Origin: a virus
Lineage: Duplodnaviria > Caudoviricetes
Strand: one strand, 5' to 3'
Length of the DNA: 61,597 nucleotides
IMG/VR virus record: IMGVR_UViG_3300022743_000214
Span: 1-61,597 of that record
Shown: piece by piece, positions 1-9,318 of the stretch
Position numbering within the stretch: position 1 is the first letter of the stretch
Layout of the letters: every line of letters begins with the position of its first letter
Notes under the pieces: generated by a model
Seen by the model: the letters and a program-made list of their open reading frames with translations, nothing else
Told to the model about the DNA's origin: nothing
The model's database searches: none
Program-made: the position numbers and the translations under genes

Positions 1-520
1 TCTTTTTTATAGTTTGCCCGGCTTCGCTTGGATGCGGAGTCTCTGGGCCATCAGGCCTTAGGGCGAACGAGTCCCCGGCCTTAATTCGACCGTCAATCAC
101 AAGTTCTTCCATGTGGTGGATGTCGTTCCGCATGTCCTTGAATCGAGCTGCGACTGCGTCCGTTGCAAATACGGGTTTGTCAGTGTTCAGGGCTACTGCC
201 AAAGCATCCTGACTTCTCCGGAGTTTTCGAAAACAATTCGTTGCACGGTACATGTTGGACAGACACGTCTCAAAATGAGATCCAGATCGGTGCATTGCGC
301 CAAGATTAAGTGAGGTGTGCGTGCTCCAGAATTCTTGAAGCTTCGAAACACCCATGTTGTACTCCACGATGGCGGCCTCAACCAAACGGACGTATGTGCT
401 CGCCAACGCATTCACCTGATATTGCGAGGACACCGACGCAATGAAGATTGATTTCAGCCAGTAGCTGGGAAAACCCTGCGCGTACTCTTCCATTCTCGGT
501 GCTTCGATCTCAACGTACAT
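1..520 (-). CDS. Partial CDS running off the left edge; HEPN-like protein
   Basis: Not in the ORF track. Manual translation from ATG 520 gives MYVEIEAPRMEEYAQGFPSYWLK...FKDMRNDIHHMEE..., open to position 2. RNDIHH fits the HEPN R-x4-H motif. Starts 5 nt after the stop of the 526..810 gene. Confidence 0.6.
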   Translation of the reverse strand, partial: MYVEIEAPRMEEYAQGFPSYWLKSIFIASVSSQYQVNALASTYVRLVEAAIVEYNMGVSKLQEFWSTHTSLNLGAMHRSGSHFETCLSNMYRATNCFRKLRRSQDALAVALNTDKPVFATDAVAARFKDMRNDIHHMEELVIDGRIKAGDSFALRPDGPETPHPSEAGQTIKK

Positions 521-525
521 TCGCA

Positions 526-810
526 CTACCTTCGCCGACCACCATCAACTGCTCCTCCAGAAAATGTTCCGGTATGGTGTTGGTCACGGACCTCACGGAT
601 TCGTTGTGTTGCCGAAACCATGTTGACTGATCGGGTGACCCTGCTCAAATCTACGGATGAAGGATTCGACTTGATCTTTTGGTACAAGGCTTTCTTAAAG
701 TCTGAAGCACTGACCTCAGGATGAGACTTCTTGGCATGCGCCATCAGTCGGTTTAGTCGTGTCTTTGCTGTACAGAAAGGACACTCAACATCAATTTCAT
801 AGTCGCGCAT
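526..810 (-). CDS. Small protein with N-terminal C2H2-like zinc finger
   Basis: CPFC...HAKKSH pattern; packed between neighbouring same-strand genes. Confidence 0.6.
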   Translation of the reverse strand: MRDYEIDVECPFCTAKTRLNRLMAHAKKSHPEVSASDFKKALYQKIKSNPSSVDLSRVTRSVNMVSATQRIREVRDQHHTGTFSGGAVDGGRRR

Positions 811-992
811 CAGATGTGATACCTCAACAACAAATAGGTCAGAGTACGGTCATCACATGTAACTTGCTGAACAAGAACACAACGTCCGTCACTGAAACAT
901 CGCTCCGCTCGAAATTCATATCCAGCGATTAGCTCTGCTCTGAAAAGCTCTTCTATGGAGTCGAAAGACAAATTTACAGCATGTGATTTCAC
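810..992 (-). CDS. Small hypothetical protein
   Basis: 60 aa; GTGA overlap with the upstream stop and TGATG overlap with the downstream start suggest translational coupling. Confidence 0.4.
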   Translation of the reverse strand: MKSHAVNLSFDSIEELFRAELIAGYEFRAERCFSDGRCVLVQQVTCDDRTLTYLLLRYHI

Positions 993-1897
993 AACCCAAC
1001 TCCTCCAGAGCCAGTAACGCCGTCGTCATTACGGTTTTTTTCTTCAACCATTTCCCGATATGCATCGCGCACCACAGGAAGAGAGTTAATATGGGCTTCA
1101 CGCTGATCTTCAGGCAGCCCCTTGATCAGATCACCTTCATCTACTGTCAGTGAGATCTTCCGACTGTATTCACGCCCACTCTGATCATGACGGAGCGAAA
1201 GTTCAATTTCATAACCTGGTGGTTTCCAAATCTGCATATGGACCTTCGCGTCAGGTGGTAGGGCTATTGGCTCCGCCTTGCCCGTAGAAAGATTGAATTT
1301 CCTTAGCTGAAGTATTTGGCTGAAGCGAACACCTTGGATCATCTGCAAGGTTGGCCCAGTTTGGCATGCCCTACGACTGCGGTACCCCAAGCCGTCATCA
1401 AACACGAAGGTCTTGGGCGTACTTTCTATCCCGGCGGTTACAAGATACTGGTGCCAATAGTTCAGGACTTTTGTGACCACCTCCATCACGTTCACGTTGG
1501 AGCCAGTGTTTAGACATGCACAAACCTCCTTGGTGAACCCACGGTACTCTCCCTCCACATCCTCATAAGAAGTGATGACAAGAACTTCGCTGAGTTGATC
1601 AGCTTTAGAGATCAACGGCGCTCCGTGAGGGGTCTTGCCGGTCAATTCACGGTGCTTCGCCACGTTCGCGATGTCTGCCACAAGTCCAAAGTCCGGGCAC
1701 TGAGCTTCGACATCCGAGCGCGAAATAGCATGTTCCGCCGGAAGATGTTCCCTCAAATGAAAAAGAGCCTCGCAGACAGCGACGGCAGCACGCAGATCAC
1801 GACTTTCTCCTGCTGCATCCCCCTGCACTTGGTAGCGAAACTCTGCATACGTCGCAAGTACGTTCTCATGATAGTAAGCACGGAAATCGTCAAACAT
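989..1897 (-). CDS. Hypothetical protein with N-terminal HEPN-like helical domain
   Basis: 302-aa ORF; ALFHLREH...DIANVAKH resembles a degenerate HEPN N-x-x-K-H motif. Confidence 0.55.
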   Translation of the reverse strand: MFDDFRAYYHENVLATYAEFRYQVQGDAAGESRDLRAAVAVCEALFHLREHLPAEHAISRSDVEAQCPDFGLVADIANVAKHRELTGKTPHGAPLISKADQLSEVLVITSYEDVEGEYRGFTKEVCACLNTGSNVNVMEVVTKVLNYWHQYLVTAGIESTPKTFVFDDGLGYRSRRACQTGPTLQMIQGVRFSQILQLRKFNLSTGKAEPIALPPDAKVHMQIWKPPGYEIELSLRHDQSGREYSRKISLTVDEGDLIKGLPEDQREAHINSLPVVRDAYREMVEEKNRNDDGVTGSGGVGL

Positions 1898-2026
1898 TTT
1901 TCAAATGTACATACTTGTGCAACCCTAAACAAGGGCAATTTTTTCAGCTCAATGTCGCTTGTTTATGCCCACAGTTGCATTTAACAAGCACCAATTGTAC
2001 AATGCAAAGTAAATTTACTCAATGGT

Positions 2027-3283
2027 ATGCAAATGCCGTACAACCGCCCCCATCTGAAGACCCTCGAAGCTCGACTCAATGAACATCCCAAGTTCATGAT
2101 CGTTGTAGCCGGGCCGCGCCAAATTGGCAAGTCAACTATGGTCCGCCAGGCTCTGGCGGGTCGCCCTTCTACCTTTGAAGCCACGGATCAGTCAGCAACT
2201 ACCACCGTCGACCCATTCAGCGATGCCCCAAGCACCATTCAGGCAGAGCCAGGGGCAAAAGCCACAGAAAAATGGATCATCAACAGGTGGACACAGGCTC
2301 GAGCCAAAGCCCGATCATTGCCCCCCGGGCAATTCCATGTCCTGGCCATCGATGAGATCCAGAAAATTCCCCGATGGTCAGAGGTCGTCAAGGGGCTGTG
2401 GGATGCTGACCGTGCTGAGCAAGTTCCTCTGCACGTCGTGCTGCTAGGGTCATCGCCGTGGCTCATGCAAAAAGGGCTGACCGAAAGCCTGGCTGGGCGC
2501 TATGAGCCCATCCACATGTCGCACTGGTCCTACGGCGAAATGCAGGAGGCTTTCGACTTTTCACTGGACGAGTACATCTACTTCGGCGGGTACCCAGGTG
2601 CAGCCAGCTTGATCCGCGACGAAACCCGTTGGCGTCAGTACGTCCGAGATGCACTGATCAAGCCCAACATCGAGAGTGACATCCTGCAGATGACCCGGGT
2701 CGAAAAGCCTGCTCTCTTGAAGAACCTGTTCGAGCTGGGCTGCGGCGCTTACTCAGGGCAACTGGTCGCCCTGACGAAATTGCTAGGCCAACTCCAGGAT
2801 GCAGGCAACACAGTCACTCTGGCCCATTACCTGGATCTACTCTCACAAGCGGGTTTGCTGACAGGCCTGCAAAAGTACGCGGGGCAAGAGCTGCGCAGGC
2901 GAGCATCTCCACCCAAATTCAATGCCCACAACACGGCCCTGATTTCTGCTCAGGCCAAGTACACGTTCGAACAGGCCAAAAACGACCGCACGTACTGGGG
3001 ACGACTGGTTGAAAGTGCCGTTGGCAGCCATCTGATCAACAACAAGCCGGAAAACTCCAGCCTGTATTACTGGCGGGAGAGCCCCAGTGAGGTGGACTTC
3101 GTACTGACCGATGGCGAAAAGCTGTTGGCCATTGAGGTCAAGAGCGGGGATGACTATGCCGCCCCCAAGGGCCTACAGATCTTTGCCGAAAAGTACAAAA
3201 ATGTCACCCCAATGGCGGTGGGAGCCGATGGCGTTGCCATTTCCGACTTCCTGCTGCAACCGGTTGAAAGCTGGATGAAGTAA
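2027..3283 (+). CDS. AAA_14-type ATPase with C-terminal DUF4143/PD-(D/E)XK-like domain
   Basis: Walker A GPRQIGKST, Walker B IDEIQ, LLGSS, ESLAGR, GGYPG, C-terminal EVDFV...AIEVKSG. Confidence 0.85.
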   Translation: MQMPYNRPHLKTLEARLNEHPKFMIVVAGPRQIGKSTMVRQALAGRPSTFEATDQSATTTVDPFSDAPSTIQAEPGAKATEKWIINRWTQARAKARSLPPGQFHVLAIDEIQKIPRWSEVVKGLWDADRAEQVPLHVVLLGSSPWLMQKGLTESLAGRYEPIHMSHWSYGEMQEAFDFSLDEYIYFGGYPGAASLIRDETRWRQYVRDALIKPNIESDILQMTRVEKPALLKNLFELGCGAYSGQLVALTKLLGQLQDAGNTVTLAHYLDLLSQAGLLTGLQKYAGQELRRRASPPKFNAHNTALISAQAKYTFEQAKNDRTYWGRLVESAVGSHLINNKPENSSLYYWRESPSEVDFVLTDGEKLLAIEVKSGDDYAAPKGLQIFAEKYKNVTPMAVGADGVAISDFLLQPVESWMK

Positions 3284-6200
3284 ATGGTCTTTGTCCCCCG
3301 CAGCGTTAAACAGCTCCGCCAATTGCCTGACGGTGGGCCTGACATCGAAGCGGTTGCACTGGAATCGCTGAGGTCAATCCCAGCCTGGGTGCTGCTGGGA
3401 GAACCTGGCGCGGGGAAAAGTGAAGCCTTCAAATCCGAGGCGAAAGCTGTCGATGGTCTGCGATTGACGATTGCCGAATTCGTTTACAGCGACATCGATG
3501 AGGAATGGAAGAACAAGTGCCTGTTCCTTGATGGTTTGGACGAAGTTCGTGCGAGCGGTGCGACTGGATCCATCCTGGTTCAAGTCAAGTCCAAGCTCAG
3601 AAAACTAGGGCTGCCAAATTTTCGGATCGCATGCCGTGCAGCAGACTGGTACGGGCAATCTGATCTTGAAGAAATCATCGGAGCCTCGCCAAGCGGACTA
3701 CTCCCGATTTACACCTTGGAGCCGCTGACAACAACAGACATCAAGCAGATTCTCGAAATCAACTTCAACAGATCTGACGCGGAAGACCTGGTCACGCAAG
3801 CAGAGGCTCACGGAATCAACGCCCTACTCAGCAATCCCCAAACGCTTGGACTAACCGTTAAAGCGCTAGGCGGAAAAACTTGGCCAAGCAGTCGAGATGA
3901 GACGTACCGCCTTGCATGCCAAGCCTTGGTTCAGGAGGAAAACCGTAAGCACCGTGACCAAACCCGCTTTCAGCCTGTTCTCAAAGACACCCTCCTGGAA
4001 GCCGCTGGCCAGATATTCGCCACTTTGCTGTTGGCAGACAAGTCTGGTGTCGCGCTCGACCCGTCAGCTCAAAACGACCGATTCCCTGTACTGCTCGGCT
4101 TAGAGCTGCGTTCACCTGAACTAGCGGCTACGGCATTGGACACCGCACTCTTTGTGCCATCTACCTCCAACGATCAGCAACTAGAGCCGACACACAGAAG
4201 CGTTGCTGAGTACCTAGCAGCCGAGTGGCTGGGCAACCAAATCGACTCACGTGGATTTCCTCTTAAAAGATTGCTCAATCTCATGCTTGGGTTTGACGGC
4301 AAAGCTGTAGCCGGCTTACGTGGCCTGTACGGCTGGCTGGCACTTAAGAGTCTCAAGGCACAACATGGGTTGATCAAGAACGATCCCCTGACCGTTGCTC
4401 TCTACAGCGATCCTCAACCCATGGATGTGGAAGCGAAGAAACTTCTTTTGCAGGAGATTTACACCCAGACTGCCGCCAACCCATCGGTTCTTTGGGACCT
4501 CAGAGGGGCAGAAAACCTCTCCCCACTCTTCCAAGCAGAACTTCGCAACGAGTACTTAAAGGCGTTGCTGGACCCCAAGCGTGATGATTCGATGCAGACC
4601 TATGTGGTATTCATCCTCAAGGTTCTCAAGGAATCAGCATCTCAGAGCCAGCTGACCAATGAACTGCGTGACCTTGCTTCAGATGACACTCGCTGGGAAC
4701 GCGTAAGGCAGCATGCCTTAGAAGCGTGGCTTGAGTCTGGCGTAAGGGATAGTCAGGCGATCGAATTCCTGGATCAACTGAACCAAGGCAAGATTTCTGA
4801 TCCAGATGAAGAGCTCACTGGCATCTTGTTGGGAAAATTGTTCCCTAGAGCCATTTCTGCTGCACAGGTTCTGAACTACCTTCACCTCCCTAAAAGCAAG
4901 ATTTTGAAGAGCTACCAACACTTCTGGGCCTATGAATTTCCCAAGGCAGTCCCTGAAGACGATTTGCCGTACGTTTTAGAGCAGTTGGTACAACGCAGCG
5001 ATTTGCAGTCGTTGAACTGGGTGGAGTTCCACATTTCACGTACGCTGGCTGCACTGGTTGCTCGTGGAGTTCAAGCCCATGGCGACCAAATACCCGACAC
5101 ACAACTCTTCACTTGGCTTCGCCTTGGTACAGATGAATACGGCGAGCGACGGCATGAGCCAGAATTCCACAAAACCATCACGCAGTGGCTGATCGACAGA
5201 CCCGAGCGCTATAAGGGGCTGCTAGGCGTTTGTTTTGATCGCAATGAAGCAGCATCCTCCCCACTCCACGGTTTGTTCAACGACTCGCAGATCCTTCGTG
5301 GGATATCAGCTCCTGCAGACATTGGGCTGTGGCATTTCCAGAACATCGACTGCACTCCAAACGAGGCTTTGGCCAAAGAACACTTGGCGGAGGCTATGCG
5401 CTCTCTGTGGTCCGATCACCCCCCACCCGGTCTAACCTTTGACATGGTGCTTGAATGGGCAGGTAATGACCCCCTCAAAACCAGCTGGTTAAAGCCTCTA
5501 CTCAGCTGGGAAGATCCAGAGTGGAGGAAGGCTCAAAGGCAGTCAATTCAAGAACGCCAGCGCGAGCAATCAGACATCAAAAGCGAGCGAAGCGTCAACC
5601 TGGCGGCAAGGCTTTCTGAAATTCGATCAGGCCAAGCACACCCTGCTCTGATGGGTGAATTGGCTGGGGTTTGGTTGAACCGATACTCTGACACGCGTGG
5701 CGAAACACCTCTTGATCGGTTCAAGACCTACTGCGACAACTATGTCGAGGTATACGAGGCGGCAAAGGCTGGCATGCAGGCGTGCATCCGACGCAACGAT
5801 CTGCCATCCGTCAAAGAAATCATTGAACTGCACCTGAATCAGCAAGCTCATTGGATCCGCGCTGCATGCCTGCTTGGCATGGATTTGATCTGGGCCGAGA
5901 ACCCAATCGACTTCGATTTATTGGATAGCAGCACTCTAGAAAAGATGGTCTGCTTTCGACTGACCGATGGCACTGAAAAGCCGCCCGAGTGGTTCATGCA
6001 TCTGGTTAGAACAATGCCGGAGTTGGTCTCGAAGGTACTGATTGCCTATGCAGGCACGAGCTTCAAAGCACAAAAGGAATACGTTGACGGGATTTATCCG
6101 CTGGCTAGGGATGCGGCATACGCGCAAGTTGCGCGCCTGTCCGTCCCTGCAATACTTCGAAGCTTTCCAACAAGGAACCGAGCCAGTCAACTCAATCAGC

Positions 6201-7306
6201 TCAATTCGCTTCTGAGGTCTGCTCTTAAATATGCGATGCCTGAACTCCCCAACATCGTCGCAGACAAACTCAAGCTCAAATCCCTTGACCCAAGCCAACG
6301 GGTCTATTTCCTTTTGACAGGGACGCTCATTACTCCCGAACAGTACGAGCAACTCCTCTGGGACTTCGTTGGTGAGTCTTGGCAGCGCATACAGCACATC
6401 TCAGATTTTCTGGGTAACAGTCTGAGTGACTTGCCAATGGATTTCACTTTGAGTGCCAAGACATTCGGAAAGCTCATTGAAATTCAAATGCCGTTTGCAG
6501 AGGTCGACTGGCCTTTGGGAGGTGGTGCAGTCAGCCAGGCGATGAACTTAGGCGACCATGTCAGAGGACTCATCAGCAAGCTAACAGCCTTGAGTACTCA
6601 GGAATGCCTGGAAGAGATCAACCGTCTTTTAGAACTCCCCTCGCTCGAGAAAATCAAGCGTCACCTTCTCAGCAGCAAACACGAGGTAATTCAGAGACTG
6701 CGTGAAAACACATTCAGTCACCCTACTCTTCACAGCGTTTCCACAATCCTGAGCAACAAATCTCCGACCGGACCAGCTGATCTACAGGCAATTGTGCTGG
6801 ACCACATGGAGAAAATTGCAACGGATATTCAAACAAGCAATGGCGATCTATATCGCCAATTCTGGACAGAGGGCACCGATAACAAGCACAAGTCCGAAAA
6901 CAGCTGTCGAGACGCACTGCTTGCAATGCTGAGAACCCACCTTGAACCCCTAGGCATCGATAGTCAACCAGAGTTCGACTACGTAAGTGACAAGCGTGCA
7001 GACATCCGAGTCTCATACCGCAACTCGATTACTGTTCCAATTGAAATCAAAGGTGAATGGCACTCCGAGCTTTGGACAGCCGTGCAGAGCCAGCTGATTC
7101 CGCAATACACCAAGCAAAAAGAAACCGAGGGATTTGGCATCTACTTGGTGCTGTGGGTCGGAGGAACCGAACAGTCCCCTGCTAGGGACGGCGGGAAAAG
7201 ACCCCTCACCTCAACTGATCTCGAGTTAAGGCTTCACAGATATCTTCCCAAAGACATCCAGCAGCAGATTACCGTCAAGGTCATCGACGTCACTCGGCCT
7301 CATTGA
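3284..7306 (+). CDS. Large STAND/NACHT-type NTPase with C-terminal nuclease-like domain (candidate Avs-like defence protein)
   Basis: GEPGAGKS Walker A, FLDGLDE Walker B, ACR, NP(QTL), HRSVAEYLAA winged-helix motif, long helical middle, C-terminal E...RADIRVS...IEIKG. Confidence 0.75.
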   Translation: MVFVPRSVKQLRQLPDGGPDIEAVALESLRSIPAWVLLGEPGAGKSEAFKSEAKAVDGLRLTIAEFVYSDIDEEWKNKCLFLDGLDEVRASGATGSILVQVKSKLRKLGLPNFRIACRAADWYGQSDLEEIIGASPSGLLPIYTLEPLTTTDIKQILEINFNRSDAEDLVTQAEAHGINALLSNPQTLGLTVKALGGKTWPSSRDETYRLACQALVQEENRKHRDQTRFQPVLKDTLLEAAGQIFATLLLADKSGVALDPSAQNDRFPVLLGLELRSPELAATALDTALFVPSTSNDQQLEPTHRSVAEYLAAEWLGNQIDSRGFPLKRLLNLMLGFDGKAVAGLRGLYGWLALKSLKAQHGLIKNDPLTVALYSDPQPMDVEAKKLLLQEIYTQTAANPSVLWDLRGAENLSPLFQAELRNEYLKALLDPKRDDSMQTYVVFILKVLKESASQSQLTNELRDLASDDTRWERVRQHALEAWLESGVRDSQAIEFLDQLNQGKISDPDEELTGILLGKLFPRAISAAQVLNYLHLPKSKILKSYQHFWAYEFPKAVPEDDLPYVLEQLVQRSDLQSLNWVEFHISRTLAALVARGVQAHGDQIPDTQLFTWLRLGTDEYGERRHEPEFHKTITQWLIDRPERYKGLLGVCFDRNEAASSPLHGLFNDSQILRGISAPADIGLWHFQNIDCTPNEALAKEHLAEAMRSLWSDHPPPGLTFDMVLEWAGNDPLKTSWLKPLLSWEDPEWRKAQRQSIQERQREQSDIKSERSVNLAARLSEIRSGQAHPALMGELAGVWLNRYSDTRGETPLDRFKTYCDNYVEVYEAAKAGMQACIRRNDLPSVKEIIELHLNQQAHWIRAACLLGMDLIWAENPIDFDLLDSSTLEKMVCFRLTDGTEKPPEWFMHLVRTMPELVSKVLIAYAGTSFKAQKEYVDGIYPLARDAAYAQVARLSVPAILRSFPTRNRASQLNQLNSLLRSALKYAMPELPNIVADKLKLKSLDPSQRVYFLLTGTLITPEQYEQLLWDFVGESWQRIQHISDFLGNSLSDLPMDFTLSAKTFGKLIEIQMPFAEVDWPLGGGAVSQAMNLGDHVRGLISKLTALSTQECLEEINRLLELPSLEKIKRHLLSSKHEVIQRLRENTFSHPTLHSVSTILSNKSPTGPADLQAIVLDHMEKIATDIQTSNGDLYRQFWTEGTDNKHKSENSCRDALLAMLRTHLEPLGIDSQPEFDYVSDKRADIRVSYRNSITVPIEIKGEWHSELWTAVQSQLIPQYTKQKETEGFGIYLVLWVGGTEQSPARDGGKRPLTSTDLELRLHRYLPKDIQQQITVKVIDVTRPH

Positions 7307-7390
7307 TGGATCAAATAAACCGAGAAAATTTGTTATTTTTGACTGGACGCTTGGGATTGATGCCATGCCCCACTCTGGAGCGAAGGAACC

Positions 7391-8026
7391 ATGCTTATAT
7401 CATTGATCGGAACAGTCCATGTCGAGAATGGACTAGCTAATGTCAGCGCATTAAAGGCCATTCTTGACCGCCTACAACCTGAGGTCATTTATGCGGAAAT
7501 ATCAACCGCGATGCTCTCTGACTATCTTGACGGCTCCCATGGAAATCTTGAATCCGCTGCAGTCGCACAGTACCGTGTGAGCCATTCAGTCACCGTAGTG
7601 CCTGTAGATTTGGATAAGCCCGGCGAGGATTTTTTTCAAGCATCCATGGAAATGTTCAATAAAGTCGAAAGAACAAGTTCCATTTATCGCAGACTTTTAG
7701 ATCAGCATCACCTTGACACAAAAAACCATGGCTTTACCTACCTCAACAGTGAACGCTGCGGTCAGGTTTGGGCGGAAATATACAAAGAGACCGTTGAAAC
7801 CCTTAAGTGGATCGACGACGCTAGGCTTCAAAAAATCTATGCTCGATGGAAAAAAGTGAACGATCATCGCGAAACGGCAATGTTAGAAAAAATCGTAAGA
7901 CATAGTATTGAAAACACACCAAATCGAAGCGTTCTGTTGGTTGGTGCTGCACACAAGAAAGAGCTGGCAGACAAGGTTAAGAAATTTCAGAGATCAGAAA
8001 CGTCAGCAATTTATTGGGACTTTTAA
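7391..8026 (+). CDS. TraB/GumN/Tiki-like putative metallohydrolase
   Basis: LIGTVH, PEVIYAE, RETAM, LVGAAH motifs; AAGGA RBS before ATG. Confidence 0.55.
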   Translation: MLISLIGTVHVENGLANVSALKAILDRLQPEVIYAEISTAMLSDYLDGSHGNLESAAVAQYRVSHSVTVVPVDLDKPGEDFFQASMEMFNKVERTSSIYRRLLDQHHLDTKNHGFTYLNSERCGQVWAEIYKETVETLKWIDDARLQKIYARWKKVNDHRETAMLEKIVRHSIENTPNRSVLLVGAAHKKELADKVKKFQRSETSAIYWDF

Positions 8027-8254
8027 TACCAAAAATCCTAGTTATTTAGTTCAGACAAAGCGATGAGTAAAGTCTGTCTGTTATCCGAGGAGATCCTTGT
8101 GTTTTCAGTCACACGCTGAATGGTCTTGCCTTGGTCAGAAACGGCACGATTTTCCAAAAATTGCCAAATAGACATCGTCATCCCCTCTTTGTGAAGTTTT
8201 CGAACGAGCAGATGGCAAAAACTGATCAATTTGGAAGATTCTAGCGCTGACGCA

Positions 8255-8285
8255 ACTTTGGTGCATCAAAATGATGAAGTAAAGT
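8255..8285. promoter_or_regulatory. Imperfect inverted repeat, candidate WYL-regulator operator
   Basis: ACTTTGGTGCATCA-AAA-TGATGAAGTAAAGT (11/14 arm match), 50 nt upstream of the WYL gene. Confidence 0.45.
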
Positions 8286-8335
8286 CACTAAATATGCTAG
8301 AGTAGAACCCATGCCAACTTGATAGGGATAAACAC

Positions 8336-9238
8336 GTGGTCAACCGAACAGTCGCTGCTGCACTTGACCATCTGACGCAGACGCAAAGAGAGCGACTTTT
8401 CTACATAGAAGTCAAAGCATTCTTTTGTGGTGACCTGACTCGCGCAGACATTGAACGGCGGTTTGGAGTGAAGCCTGCAGCCTCATCACGCGACCTAAGC
8501 ACTTATCGCCGCCTTGCTCCCCAAAACCTCGTTTACGACGCTGGTCAACGCAACTACGCTACGACGGATCGCTTCTCCCCGCTTTTTGAGCATTCCGCCG
8601 AACGTGTGTTGACCTGGTTCCGGGCGGGCTTTGGTGACAACATGGATCAAAAGCTGAAGCGCACCGTCCCTTGTGAAAGCGCCAGCGACTTGGTCAAGCC
8701 CGACATCGAAACTTTGGCAACGTTAACCCGAGCGATAGCTGGGCGACGCCAAGTTAAGGTCACCTATTTATCCTTGACCTCCGGGGCCTCAACCAAGACG
8801 CTGTGTCCGCTTGCATTGGCCGACACTGGTCTGCGCTGGCATTTGCGCGCCTACGACAGAGATCGCGGTCGCTTCGCCGACTTCGCTTTAACTCGTATCG
8901 TCAAAGCCGAAGCAGTTGGTCAATCCATTCCATCAGATCAACAAATTGAGTCTGATGTTCAATGGGCGCGAATTGTTCATCTTGAACTTGTTCCGCACCC
9001 CGGCATCGCATACCCACAGGCCATCGAAGCAGATTTCATGATGACAAACGGTGTTCTCGCTCTTGACATGAGAGCTCCACTGGTCGGCTATGCCTTACAT
9101 CGATGGTCGGTCGACTGCTCGGCTGAGCACAAACTTGACCCCAAAGCACACCACCTATGGCTACAAAACACTCCGACACTTTATGGTGTTGAAAGTGCAA
9201 CTTTGGCCCCTGGCTATGAACCAAAAAATCGCTACTGA
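8336..9238 (+). CDS. WYL-domain transcriptional regulator (BrxR/CapW-like)
   Basis: N-terminal wHTH (RERLFYIE...RADIERRFGV...SRDLSTY), WYL core YLSLTSG...RWHLRAYD...FADFALTRI. Confidence 0.88.
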   Translation: MVNRTVAAALDHLTQTQRERLFYIEVKAFFCGDLTRADIERRFGVKPAASSRDLSTYRRLAPQNLVYDAGQRNYATTDRFSPLFEHSAERVLTWFRAGFGDNMDQKLKRTVPCESASDLVKPDIETLATLTRAIAGRRQVKVTYLSLTSGASTKTLCPLALADTGLRWHLRAYDRDRGRFADFALTRIVKAEAVGQSIPSDQQIESDVQWARIVHLELVPHPGIAYPQAIEADFMMTNGVLALDMRAPLVGYALHRWSVDCSAEHKLDPKAHHLWLQNTPTLYGVESATLAPGYEPKNRY

Positions 9239-9318
9239 AAACAATACTTGATCGCCTTGCACATCCTGACATTGAAGTAGCAGAAACAACGAGCAAGAAC
9301 AATTTCCAGGAATAACTC

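Noticed and set aside
8038-8229. 63-aa minus-strand ORF before the WYL gene
   Set aside because: Short, no motif or clear RBS; insufficient support.
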